From contig JAGORO010000003.1 of NCBI GenBank assembly GCA_018062785.1, forward strand, positions 23,801 through 87,800: DNA of 64,000 bases, given 5' to 3'. The DNA comes from Candidatus Saccharimonadota bacterium (GTDB taxonomy: Bacteria; Patescibacteriota; Saccharimonadia; Saccharimonadales; UBA4665). The notes under the pieces were generated by a model. The model did not search any database and was not told the DNA's origin. It saw only the letters and a list, made by a program, of their open reading frames with translations. Positions within the stretch are counted from its first letter, which is position 1, and every line of letters starts with the position of its first letter. Positions 18,578-27,002 of this stretch are shown here, piece after piece. A program made the translations under genes and the position numbers.

Positions 18578-19927
18578 ATGAGTGAAATGAATGAGCAAAA
18601 AAATGAAGTAAAACTAGAGGATATTGTAAGCCTTTGCAAGCGCCGTGGCTTTGTATTCCAAGCAAGCGAGATATATGGTGGACTTGCAGGCTTTTGGGAC
18701 TACGGCCCACTAGGTATCGAGCTGATACATAAACTCAAGGCAGAATGGTGGAAAGCAGTAGTTACTGAAAAAGACAACGTTTTTGGAGTGGATGGGGCGA
18801 TTATACAAAACCCCCGTTTGTGGGAGGCAAGTGGTCATGTCGCTGGTTTTACCGACCCACTCGTCGACTGTCGAAATTGTGGAGCAAGACATCGAGCAGA
18901 CCATTTGGCAAATACGGATTCTACAAATCTTGCAGAGCTCAAGGAGCTGCTAAAAAATGCAAAGTGTCCGACGTGTGGTAAGCAAGACCTCACCGAGCCT
19001 CGGCAATATAATATGATGATGAAAACTTGGGTGGGGCCAGTCGAGGATGAATCGAGCGTTGCTTACTTGCGTCCGGAAACAGCAGGGTCAATATTTACGA
19101 ATTACGAGAATGTGCGCGAAACCATGCGTGCAAAGTTACCATTTGGGGTGGCGCAGGTCGGGAAGGCATTCCGAAACGAGATTAGTCCGCGTGATTTTAT
19201 TTTTCGTGTTCGAGAGCTAGAGCAAATGGAAATGCAATATTTCATTCGTCCTCAGGCTCAAAACGAATCATATGAACAGTGGCGTGAGTTTTCTTGGGAT
19301 TTCTTAACTAAAAGACTAGGCATCCAAGAAAAAAACCTGCAATGGCATGAGCACGCAGAAAACGAGCGAGCACACTATGCCGCTGCTGCGCATGATGTGT
19401 ATTTTAGATTTCCTCAAGGTTTTAAAGAGCTGTGGGGTACGCATAATCGGACGGACTTCGATCTTGGAAATCATGCCCGTGTGAGCGGCAAGGATTTATC
19501 GTATTTTGATGACGAAATCCGAGAGAGGTTTACGCCGTATGTTGTTGAATCGTCGGTGGGGGTTGGCCGTATGTTCATGGCAGTACTGACTGACGCGTAT
19601 TGCGAAGAAGAGATCAACGGCGATAAACGAACCGTACTAAAGATTAAGCCAGAACTTGCGCCATATAGGTTCGCCGTGTCGCCACTGCTGAAGAACAAGC
19701 CTGAACTTGTCGAGAAGGCTCGGGAGGTGTACTCAGCCCTAAAGGAAAAATATGGCAATGTTATGTGGGATGACAACGGTAACATTGGCAAGCGCTATCG
19801 TCGTCAGGACGAGATCGGTACGCCGTACTGCGTTGTAGTAGACTTTGACACACTCGAAGACGGCACGGTAACTATTCGCGACCGCGACACCACCGAACAG
19901 CGACGAGTCACAATCGATGAGCTATGA
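18578..19927 (+). CDS. glyQS: Glycine--tRNA ligase (dimeric class II, GlyQS type)
   Basis: CKRRGFVFQASEIYGGLAGFWDYGPLG, FRNEISPR, and C-terminal anticodon-binding domain (RRQDEIGTPYCVVVD). Confidence 0.93.
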   Translation: MSEMNEQKNEVKLEDIVSLCKRRGFVFQASEIYGGLAGFWDYGPLGIELIHKLKAEWWKAVVTEKDNVFGVDGAIIQNPRLWEASGHVAGFTDPLVDCRNCGARHRADHLANTDSTNLAELKELLKNAKCPTCGKQDLTEPRQYNMMMKTWVGPVEDESSVAYLRPETAGSIFTNYENVRETMRAKLPFGVAQVGKAFRNEISPRDFIFRVRELEQMEMQYFIRPQAQNESYEQWREFSWDFLTKRLGIQEKNLQWHEHAENERAHYAAAAHDVYFRFPQGFKELWGTHNRTDFDLGNHARVSGKDLSYFDDEIRERFTPYVVESSVGVGRMFMAVLTDAYCEEEINGDKRTVLKIKPELAPYRFAVSPLLKNKPELVEKAREVYSALKEKYGNVMWDDNGNIGKRYRRQDEIGTPYCVVVDFDTLEDGTVTIRDRDTTEQRRVTIDEL

Positions 19928-20549
19928 GCCGTCGTGGACTGACGAATATCGTGAAATAGTCGAATTCTACTGGTGGGAGCCGCAAATTATCGGTCGTTCA
20001 GAGAAGAACTATCGGAAGTTTCGTTCTGCCGACGAGATGTGGCACAGCGTCGCCCCAAAAGAGGTGGCGCTGAACCACATCTTGAACATATTTTTTGCAC
20101 TATTTCCTCTCGAAAAACTTACCATTTTTGACCTAACCGAGCAGCACCAAATGCTTTCTTCGAAAGAGTTAGCCGATATACAAACAGCGATGGGGAATGC
20201 AACGCAACCCGATTTCTTTTTTGTAAGTGAGAAGGAACATGTTGCGATCGAGCTCAAGACGGCTACCAAAAGCAGCCGACAACAACTAGAAAAATATCGA
20301 AAATTACACGATTTTATCGATACGCAAAAACCGTTTCGGATTATATTGTTGACGCCCCATACTCAGATTCAGGATATTGTGCGGGAACCAATCGATGACT
20401 ATCCACATCCCATCGAGGTAGTGAGTATCAATGCTTTCCATCAAGAACTAGGAGGGCTACATGATCTAGGCAGCACCGAGCAGCGGCTCGTTCGAGGAAT
20501 TCGACAGTATTTAGCTCGGTACTTTTCGGGTATACTGACTACATACTAA
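19917..20549 (+). CDS. Hypothetical PD-(D/E)xK-like nuclease-fold protein
   Basis: PDFFFVSEKEHVAIELKT fits the D...ExK core. Overlaps the glyQS stop by 11 nt. Confidence 0.5.
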   Translation: MSYEPSWTDEYREIVEFYWWEPQIIGRSEKNYRKFRSADEMWHSVAPKEVALNHILNIFFALFPLEKLTIFDLTEQHQMLSSKELADIQTAMGNATQPDFFFVSEKEHVAIELKTATKSSRQQLEKYRKLHDFIDTQKPFRIILLTPHTQIQDIVREPIDDYPHPIEVVSINAFHQELGGLHDLGSTEQRLVRGIRQYLARYFSGILTTY

Positions 20550-20561
20550 AGGGGAGTAAAT

Positions 20562-21248
20562 ATGGCGACCGAGCATCAAAGAGTACAGCTAGAGAAAAGA
20601 CTTCGAGAATACCGCAAAAAGAATCTCAAAAAATCCGACTACAATGAGTCGGCCACACGTATTTACGTCAATGAATTCTTGCAGAATGTACTTGGCTATA
20701 CCTTCGACGAAGAGATTAAGACTGAGTATGCCATTAAGGGTGAGTACGCAGACTACGTTATTCAACTCAAGCGTAAAAAGAATTTCGTAGTCGAGGTGAA
20801 GGCGATGAGTATCGACCTGAACGAAAAACACCTTCGCCAAGCACAGAACTACGCTGCAAACGAAGGGATTGATTGGATCGTGCTATTTAACGGCCGGCAG
20901 CTCCAACTCTACAGACTACTTTTTACAAAACCGATTCGCAATCAACTCGTGATAGACCTAGACCTTGGCGACCTGGCGCAAATGCGGAAGGCGTCCGAGC
21001 AACTTCTGGCGCTTACGAAGCATGGTGTGGAGCGCGATGAACTGGAGAATTACTGGAAGCGAGTCGACGCACTGACGCCAGCAAGTCTACTCAAAACCAT
21101 TTACACCGAAGATGTTATTCGGGCAGTACGCCTCAAAGTCAAGAAACAGTCGGGTATTAGCTTCAATCAAGATGAAATCCTCGATGCGGTCCACGATCTG
21201 ATACTAACCGGCTGTCTCGAAGCTGTGCGTCCTAGGCACTTAAAGTAA
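20562..21248 (+). CDS. HsdR-N-terminal-like (Mrr/PD-(D/E)xK) nuclease-domain protein
   Basis: NESATRIYVNEFLQNVLGY...ADYVIQ...FVVEVKA...AQNYAANEGIDWIVLFNG resembles the stand-alone type I restriction enzyme R N-terminal domain. Confidence 0.55.
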   Translation: MATEHQRVQLEKRLREYRKKNLKKSDYNESATRIYVNEFLQNVLGYTFDEEIKTEYAIKGEYADYVIQLKRKKNFVVEVKAMSIDLNEKHLRQAQNYAANEGIDWIVLFNGRQLQLYRLLFTKPIRNQLVIDLDLGDLAQMRKASEQLLALTKHGVERDELENYWKRVDALTPASLLKTIYTEDVIRAVRLKVKKQSGISFNQDEILDAVHDLILTGCLEAVRPRHLK

Positions 21249-21260
21249 CAGGAGATTTGC

Positions 21261-21950
21261 ATGAAGTTGTTGCTAACATCGGGTGGTATAACTAACGACA
21301 CCCTCGCCAAAGAGCTTGAGTCGTTGGCTGGGAAGCCATTTTCTAAACTTAAGATTGCGTTTGTACCGACGGCAGCATTTGAGAGCATCGGTAATAAAAA
21401 CTGGCTGATCGATGACCTATATCGGCTTAAAGAAAGGGGCGCCGAGGTTGAGCTAGTTGAAATAGCTTCACTACGTAAAAAAGATGTACTTCAGCGTTTT
21501 GAATTGGCCGATGTATTATTTTTTGGGGGTGGCAACACATTTTACTTGAGCTGGGCCATTGAACGGCAGGGGTTATTCGAAGACTTGCCAGCACTGTTAT
21601 CAGACAAGGTGTATGCAGGAATAAGCGCAGGGAGTATGGTCGCAACAAAAAGTATACGTACCGCCTCACAAGTTATGAACTCAGATAGGCAATTCGACGA
21701 ATCATACAATGAATTTGGCCCTGTCGGCAGATCGCACACAAAAACTTTTGGCTTTGTAGATTTTGCGTTTCGTCCGCATTTACATTCTGCACATTTTAGA
21801 GGTGTTACGATAGAAAAAATGCAAATTTTTGCAAACAAAACCGGCCTATCATTGTATACACTGGATGATGAAAGCGCTGTGAAGGTTGTCGATGATGTCG
21901 TAACTCCCGTTGGTGAAGGTCAATTCATAAAATTGGTACCACAAATATGA
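21261..21950 (+). CDS. S51 family peptidase (dipeptidase E-like)
   Basis: MKLLLTSGG..., IAFVPTAA, FFGGGNTFYL, YAGISAGSMVAT (nucleophile Ser context). Confidence 0.8.
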   Translation: MKLLLTSGGITNDTLAKELESLAGKPFSKLKIAFVPTAAFESIGNKNWLIDDLYRLKERGAEVELVEIASLRKKDVLQRFELADVLFFGGGNTFYLSWAIERQGLFEDLPALLSDKVYAGISAGSMVATKSIRTASQVMNSDRQFDESYNEFGPVGRSHTKTFGFVDFAFRPHLHSAHFRGVTIEKMQIFANKTGLSLYTLDDESAVKVVDDVVTPVGEGQFIKLVPQI

Positions 21951-22546
21951 TTCATGAAAACTGGGGCTATGTAGCGGCGATAATGAACATCCTTGGCGTC
22001 ATAACGTATTTGATTGCGGTAGTGAAAGGCACGGCGCGACCAAACCGCGTGACGTGGTTTGTGCTTAGTGTCGCACCATTGGTGGCGTTTGCCTCCATGC
22101 TGTCTCAGGATGTCAGCTTGGCGCAGTCGGCGATGACGTTGAGCGCTGGGCTTAGCCCACTAATGATCTTCATAACAACGTTTCTTGTTAAGCATCCAGC
22201 TTGGAAGATCGAAACATTTGATATTGCCTGTGGCGCACTGGCTATTTTAGGGATCGTGCTATGGTGGATAACGGGCGAGGGGAATGTGGCAATTGCCTTC
22301 AGTATTATCGCCGATAGCTTGGCATTTTTGCCGACACTCATTAAATCTTACAAATACCCAGAAACTGAGAGCCCGTGGGCGTTCATTATCGGTACGGTCG
22401 CTTGTATTATGTCGGTACTAACTATTACATCTTGGGATTTTGAACACTATGGCTTTCCGGTTTATCTTGTCATTGCAAATGCGCTGGCGGTGTTATTTAT
22501 ATATGGCAAAGTGGGCGTGCGAAAAAGTCTAGAACAAAAAGACTGA
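21947..22546 (+). CDS. Polytopic membrane protein (about 6-7 TM), unknown family
   Basis: Hydrophobicity pattern. ATGA overlap with the S51 peptidase gene. Confidence 0.6.
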   Translation: MIHENWGYVAAIMNILGVITYLIAVVKGTARPNRVTWFVLSVAPLVAFASMLSQDVSLAQSAMTLSAGLSPLMIFITTFLVKHPAWKIETFDIACGALAILGIVLWWITGEGNVAIAFSIIADSLAFLPTLIKSYKYPETESPWAFIIGTVACIMSVLTITSWDFEHYGFPVYLVIANALAVLFIYGKVGVRKSLEQKD

Positions 22547-22627
22547 GCTTACCCATGCCATGTACCGCACGGCATTCCGTAGATAACCGCTAGCAATAAC
22601 AGGAAGCAGACTGGTATACTGCAAATA

Positions 22628-23671
22628 ATGGAGCAGAGTAGTCTAACCGCCAAAGAAACATTTTTTGAACTTCTTAACCTGTATCCATCACCACACAATG
22701 GCCAACCAATGATGTTGCGCAAAGTGTCAAACGATGAAGGTGTAGAGCGATACGACGTTCTATTTCAGACGGATCGCGGACTCAGCGCCACCAGCATATC
22801 TTATCTATTTAGCTACGTTACTGTCGGACTATTCGTTGAGTATGCTCGATATTGTGCCGAAGCTGCCGGTGTAAAAATTTCGTTTGCAATGGATCTGCCA
22901 AGGCAACAGCACATGGCAGACCTAGGTGCTCTGCGACTTGGGAAGATGACCATAGAATCACAAAATAGTATACCCAATAGAGAGCTTGAAACCGTGCTGC
23001 GGTTTAGGCAGACATCGCGCAAAAAATACCACCAAGGTCTGCGGGCAGAGTCCATACAAAAATTGACAGAATGGCATAAAACTAGCCCGATTCAGGTACT
23101 ATTTTTGGGCGATACAGAAGCAGCAGAAACGATATGGCTGAATCAACGTGCTGTTTTCGATGATATGTTTGATACGAATGTTCGCGAAGAGCTTAAGAAA
23201 TGGTTGCGGTTTAGCCATAAGGAAAAATTGGCTAAAAAGGACGGATTGTCCTACGATTGTATGGAGCTTAGTGGTCCAGCGCTTCGGTTTTTTGTAAAAT
23301 ACTATCGAATAATTCGCTTGCCGATTTTTGCCCAAATACTGCGAAAGTACTATCTAAGGACCATGACAGATAAGAGCACAGTCTTGTATATGAGGGCACC
23401 ATTTGCCACCGAGCAGAATGCGTTTGATATCGGTACGGCGATGCTGAAAATGTGGATTGAAGTAAGCAGACAGGGCGCGTATTTGCATCCGTTCGGTACG
23501 ATAGTATCAAACCTAGAGGCTCACCGTGACTTTCTGGAGCTGACCCATATCCAAGAGGAAAACATCGACGAGAATTATGTAGTTTTTATTTGCAGAGCTG
23601 GCTACTCAGATTTGCCAGTACGAAGTGAACGAATTCCTAGTACAGAACATTTAATTAAAGCAGAGGATTAG
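22628..23671 (+). CDS. Nitroreductase-fold (Acg-like, double-domain) protein
   Basis: YPSPHNGQPM resembles the nitroreductase APSxxNxQPW motif. Length of about 350 aa fits the Acg-type family. Extended -10 TGgTATACT lies 7 nt upstream of the ATG. Confidence 0.5.
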   Translation: MEQSSLTAKETFFELLNLYPSPHNGQPMMLRKVSNDEGVERYDVLFQTDRGLSATSISYLFSYVTVGLFVEYARYCAEAAGVKISFAMDLPRQQHMADLGALRLGKMTIESQNSIPNRELETVLRFRQTSRKKYHQGLRAESIQKLTEWHKTSPIQVLFLGDTEAAETIWLNQRAVFDDMFDTNVREELKKWLRFSHKEKLAKKDGLSYDCMELSGPALRFFVKYYRIIRLPIFAQILRKYYLRTMTDKSTVLYMRAPFATEQNAFDIGTAMLKMWIEVSRQGAYLHPFGTIVSNLEAHRDFLELTHIQEENIDENYVVFICRAGYSDLPVRSERIPSTEHLIKAED

Positions 23672-23672
23672 T

Positions 23673-25202
23673 ATGTTTGAGTCGCTCTATACAGTCGTGG
23701 TAGGTATTTTAGATAAAATTATTTGGTACACCGACGTGCATTCGAGAGTGCACAAAATATTTTTAGCTCCGCAGCTTGGCGATTTTCGTGTCTTTCTAGG
23801 AAGGGTACGAGCGGTTGTCGTGTATCGTTTTGCTCTTGCGAGAGTTCCAGCATATCGCGATTTTATGAGCAAAAAGCAGTACAAAGGCCCACGCGTAACC
23901 TTCAGGGGTGCGGAACTCGCTGATATACCCGAGATTGATAAAGCAAGCTATGTAAAGCAATACAGTCTCCAAGAAAAATTAGTTGATGGGAAGATACCTA
24001 CTACGGGAGTCATGTTTGACGAGTCTTCTGGGAGTAGTGGTAAGCCAACCAGCTGGGTACGAGGCGCCAAAGAACGTCGAATGACACAGCGAATTATGCA
24101 GGTCGGCTATGGGCACTTTATTGGACGCAAAAATCCGATTATTTTGAATACATTTTCGATGGGAGCATGGGCAACCGGCTTCAATACGAGTACCTGCTTA
24201 CTGGGAATAGGGCGCGTGAAGTCAATTGGCCCTGACAAGACGAAGGTTATCGATACGTTACAAGAGCTAGGCCCGCAATTCGAGTACGTGATACTCGGCT
24301 ATCCACCATTTTTACGGCAACTGACAGAAAGCGATGAAATAGACTGGGCCAAGTTTAAGATCAACGCCCTGTATGGTGGCGAGGGTATGAGCGAGTCGAT
24401 GCGCGACTACCTACTTAAGTACTATAAGAATGTCGTTGGTTCCTACGGTGCTTCAGATATAGAGATTAATATTGCACACGAAACGAGATTTACGATTGCG
24501 CTGCGAAGAGCGCTGGCTGAAGACAAAGAGTTACGAGAGCAACTACTCAAGGTACATAAGGGCATTTTGCCCATGGTGTTTCAGTACAATCCGTATGATT
24601 ACTTATTCGAGACAAATGAAAAGCAAGAATTACTCGTGACCATCTGTCGCACGTACAATTTAAGCCCAAGGATTAGATACAATATTCATGACCTCGGCCA
24701 CTCAACCGAATTCTACACACTAAAGAAGATTCTAATCACTCATGGCTACAGGGCTATTGTCGATAAGGCAGATCTAGACTTTGGAGTACTTTTTCATTAC
24801 GGAAGAAGTGATTTATCTGTAGACTACAATGGCGCTGTAGTGGGTCCGGAGGAAATTCGTCAGATCATCGAGAACACGGTTTTTTCTAAGCGAATCAATA
24901 CGTTTAGGCTGGTAAGTTACGAGGACAAGTCGGCTCGCAAGCACCTGCTGATCGCCGTAGAGCTCACAAGAAATAGCCAGTTTAGCAAAATGGATCAGAA
25001 TGTGCTGCTCGAGTTGATCATACAGCAGTTGCAAGAAGTGAATCTGGACTTTAAATCCGCACTACGCACCGCCCAGCTTCCGCCAGAGATGAAGGTTTAT
25101 AGAGCCGGTGAAGGTATTTTTGATGCTGGACATACTAAGCTGAAAAATGATTACATTTGGAATATTGACTACAAACGAGCCAAAGCAGAGGGAATTATAT
25201 AG
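23673..25202 (+). CDS. Adenylate-forming enzyme (PaaK / coenzyme F390 synthetase / CapK-like)
   Basis: P-loop-like FDESSGSSGKPTSWVRG (compare TSGTTGKP of ANL/PaaK enzymes), YGASD, YNIHDLG. The start is 1 nt after the upstream stop. Confidence 0.6.
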   Translation: MFESLYTVVVGILDKIIWYTDVHSRVHKIFLAPQLGDFRVFLGRVRAVVVYRFALARVPAYRDFMSKKQYKGPRVTFRGAELADIPEIDKASYVKQYSLQEKLVDGKIPTTGVMFDESSGSSGKPTSWVRGAKERRMTQRIMQVGYGHFIGRKNPIILNTFSMGAWATGFNTSTCLLGIGRVKSIGPDKTKVIDTLQELGPQFEYVILGYPPFLRQLTESDEIDWAKFKINALYGGEGMSESMRDYLLKYYKNVVGSYGASDIEINIAHETRFTIALRRALAEDKELREQLLKVHKGILPMVFQYNPYDYLFETNEKQELLVTICRTYNLSPRIRYNIHDLGHSTEFYTLKKILITHGYRAIVDKADLDFGVLFHYGRSDLSVDYNGAVVGPEEIRQIIENTVFSKRINTFRLVSYEDKSARKHLLIAVELTRNSQFSKMDQNVLLELIIQQLQEVNLDFKSALRTAQLPPEMKVYRAGEGIFDAGHTKLKNDYIWNIDYKRAKAEGII

Positions 25203-25252
25203 AAGCTACAGTGAATAGGCAGACGTAATGGTAAAAGAAAGGACGTGGTGAC

Positions 25253-26062
25253 ATGACGGCAACTGGATATGCGGCCGGAGCCTTAGTAGCGTACATCGTG
25301 ATGGTGGTAGTAAATTTCTTGGCGAACGCAGTGCCCATTGCAGGGCGGACAAGTGCCCAAATAAGTGATAGTTACGCAAACTTGTTTGCGCCTGCTGGAT
25401 TTACGTTCGCAATTTGGGGCGTTATATACATTTTGCTTGGCTTTCATGTGGCATGGCAGCTTGGCCTTGGCAGGCCTAAGCAGTCTGCGGTTTCTGAACG
25501 AGCAAAGGTTTTGGTAGCAAAACTTTTTATAGCATCGTCGGCCTTAAATGCAGCGTGGATAGTTGCATGGCACGATAAAATCATCTGGCTTTCGCTCGTG
25601 TTGATCCTAGGCATGTTGCTGCTCGTGGGGAAGGCTGCAATGGTGCTCGCAGATCAAAAAATTGGTATGAGGGAGGGAGTTTTGACGAGCCTACCGTTCA
25701 GTGTGTATTTTGCTTGGCTTACGGTTGCAACAATCGCCAATGTGACTACATGGCTTGTGAGCGTTGGCTGGGATGGTGGCGGCATTCGTGCCGATATTTG
25801 GACGGTAGGCGTGCTTACATTCGGGTTTGTTATTGGCGCCGCAATAACTTGGAGATTGCGTGATGGTACGTACAGCGCGGTGTTAGCTTGGGCGTACTGG
25901 GGAATTTTGGCAAAGCATTTGCCTACTGGGGCGTGGCACGGGAAGTACGAGCTTGTCATTGGTGCCCTCGCCGCATTGGTGCCACTGCTTGTTATCCTGA
26001 CGCTTACAATGTTCTATACGAACTTTGCCAAGCTAAAAATAGACGGTAGCATACGTGGCTAA
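25253..26062 (+). CDS. Trp-rich polytopic membrane protein (TspO/MBR-related, long form)
   Basis: NFLANAVPIAGRTSAQISDSYANLFAPAGFTFAIWGVIYILLG and many Trp residues in TM helices. By-eye similarity. Confidence 0.5.
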   Translation: MTATGYAAGALVAYIVMVVVNFLANAVPIAGRTSAQISDSYANLFAPAGFTFAIWGVIYILLGFHVAWQLGLGRPKQSAVSERAKVLVAKLFIASSALNAAWIVAWHDKIIWLSLVLILGMLLLVGKAAMVLADQKIGMREGVLTSLPFSVYFAWLTVATIANVTTWLVSVGWDGGGIRADIWTVGVLTFGFVIGAAITWRLRDGTYSAVLAWAYWGILAKHLPTGAWHGKYELVIGALAALVPLLVILTLTMFYTNFAKLKIDGSIRG

Positions 26063-26170
26063 GATGGGCATAAAGGCGTCGATGTTTTTATAGACTACCG
26101 GCACCAGAACTTGCAAGATCTGCAGAAAACTTATTGCGCTTTAGCGGCAGAGAGACTACTATACGCCCAT

Positions 26171-26935
26171 ATGAGCAAAATCGAGAAATTTCAGAACCCG
26201 TATGATCTAGCAGAGTATTTAGAGACTTTCGCGTGTATGTATAGTAAAGATTACGGCGCGGAAATACTACATAGTGATGGCCGGTCATCTGGTTATCATG
26301 CGCAAGATGGCGTAGAGGTTACGAGAGGCTCAAGTGATGTTGGTGGCCTACAGACGAAGTTGAGCTTCACGGCCGAGCGAATACGAGAGACCGGTATTGC
26401 CGGTCGATTGATCTTGGTCGAGTATGAGGTTGGAGGAATCGTACAGCAGGATGAGTTAAACCTGAAAGATATGCCAGATGATGTGCGGGACTATACAGAA
26501 TTTAGACTGGGCAATAAAAAGAAGTACAAACGGCTTCAGGTACCGGGCTCGGTTGGGCTACAGATAGCACAGTCCTACTATACGACGAGTGAGGGCGTAT
26601 TTGACCACGAATTCTCACTGAATCTTTGCTATGGTGGTTCTCGAGACCCAACTCTAGATATACCTGAAGAATTGTGGGAGGGTGGGTATGCGGCTTGTGT
26701 CGATACTCCGCTCAAGGTGCCACCCGACTGGAATGATTTTATGGCAATTTTTAGCCCAGATGAGGTCGCATCTATGCGGACCTCGGCATCCGCAATTGAA
26801 GACGAGCTATCGACTCGTCAGACTTTTACGGAATTTGCGATGGCTGCGCAAGAAATGTGCTTCTGGGCAGAGGCAGATCGTATGCGGTACGCCGGTAACT
26901 TGGCCCGAACGATATTTAGCACCAAATACAGCTAG
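26171..26935 (+). CDS. Hypothetical protein
   Basis: Uninterrupted ORF with no recognised motif. The start could also be the TTG at 26111. Confidence 0.5.
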   Translation: MSKIEKFQNPYDLAEYLETFACMYSKDYGAEILHSDGRSSGYHAQDGVEVTRGSSDVGGLQTKLSFTAERIRETGIAGRLILVEYEVGGIVQQDELNLKDMPDDVRDYTEFRLGNKKKYKRLQVPGSVGLQIAQSYYTTSEGVFDHEFSLNLCYGGSRDPTLDIPEELWEGGYAACVDTPLKVPPDWNDFMAIFSPDEVASMRTSASAIEDELSTRQTFTEFAMAAQEMCFWAEADRMRYAGNLARTIFSTKYS

Positions 26936-27002
26936 GCTAATGTGTTTCGTCAGAGAGAAGCCTCTGTTACAATGGGAGTGAATTAAACGAGAGGGGTTCT
27001 AA

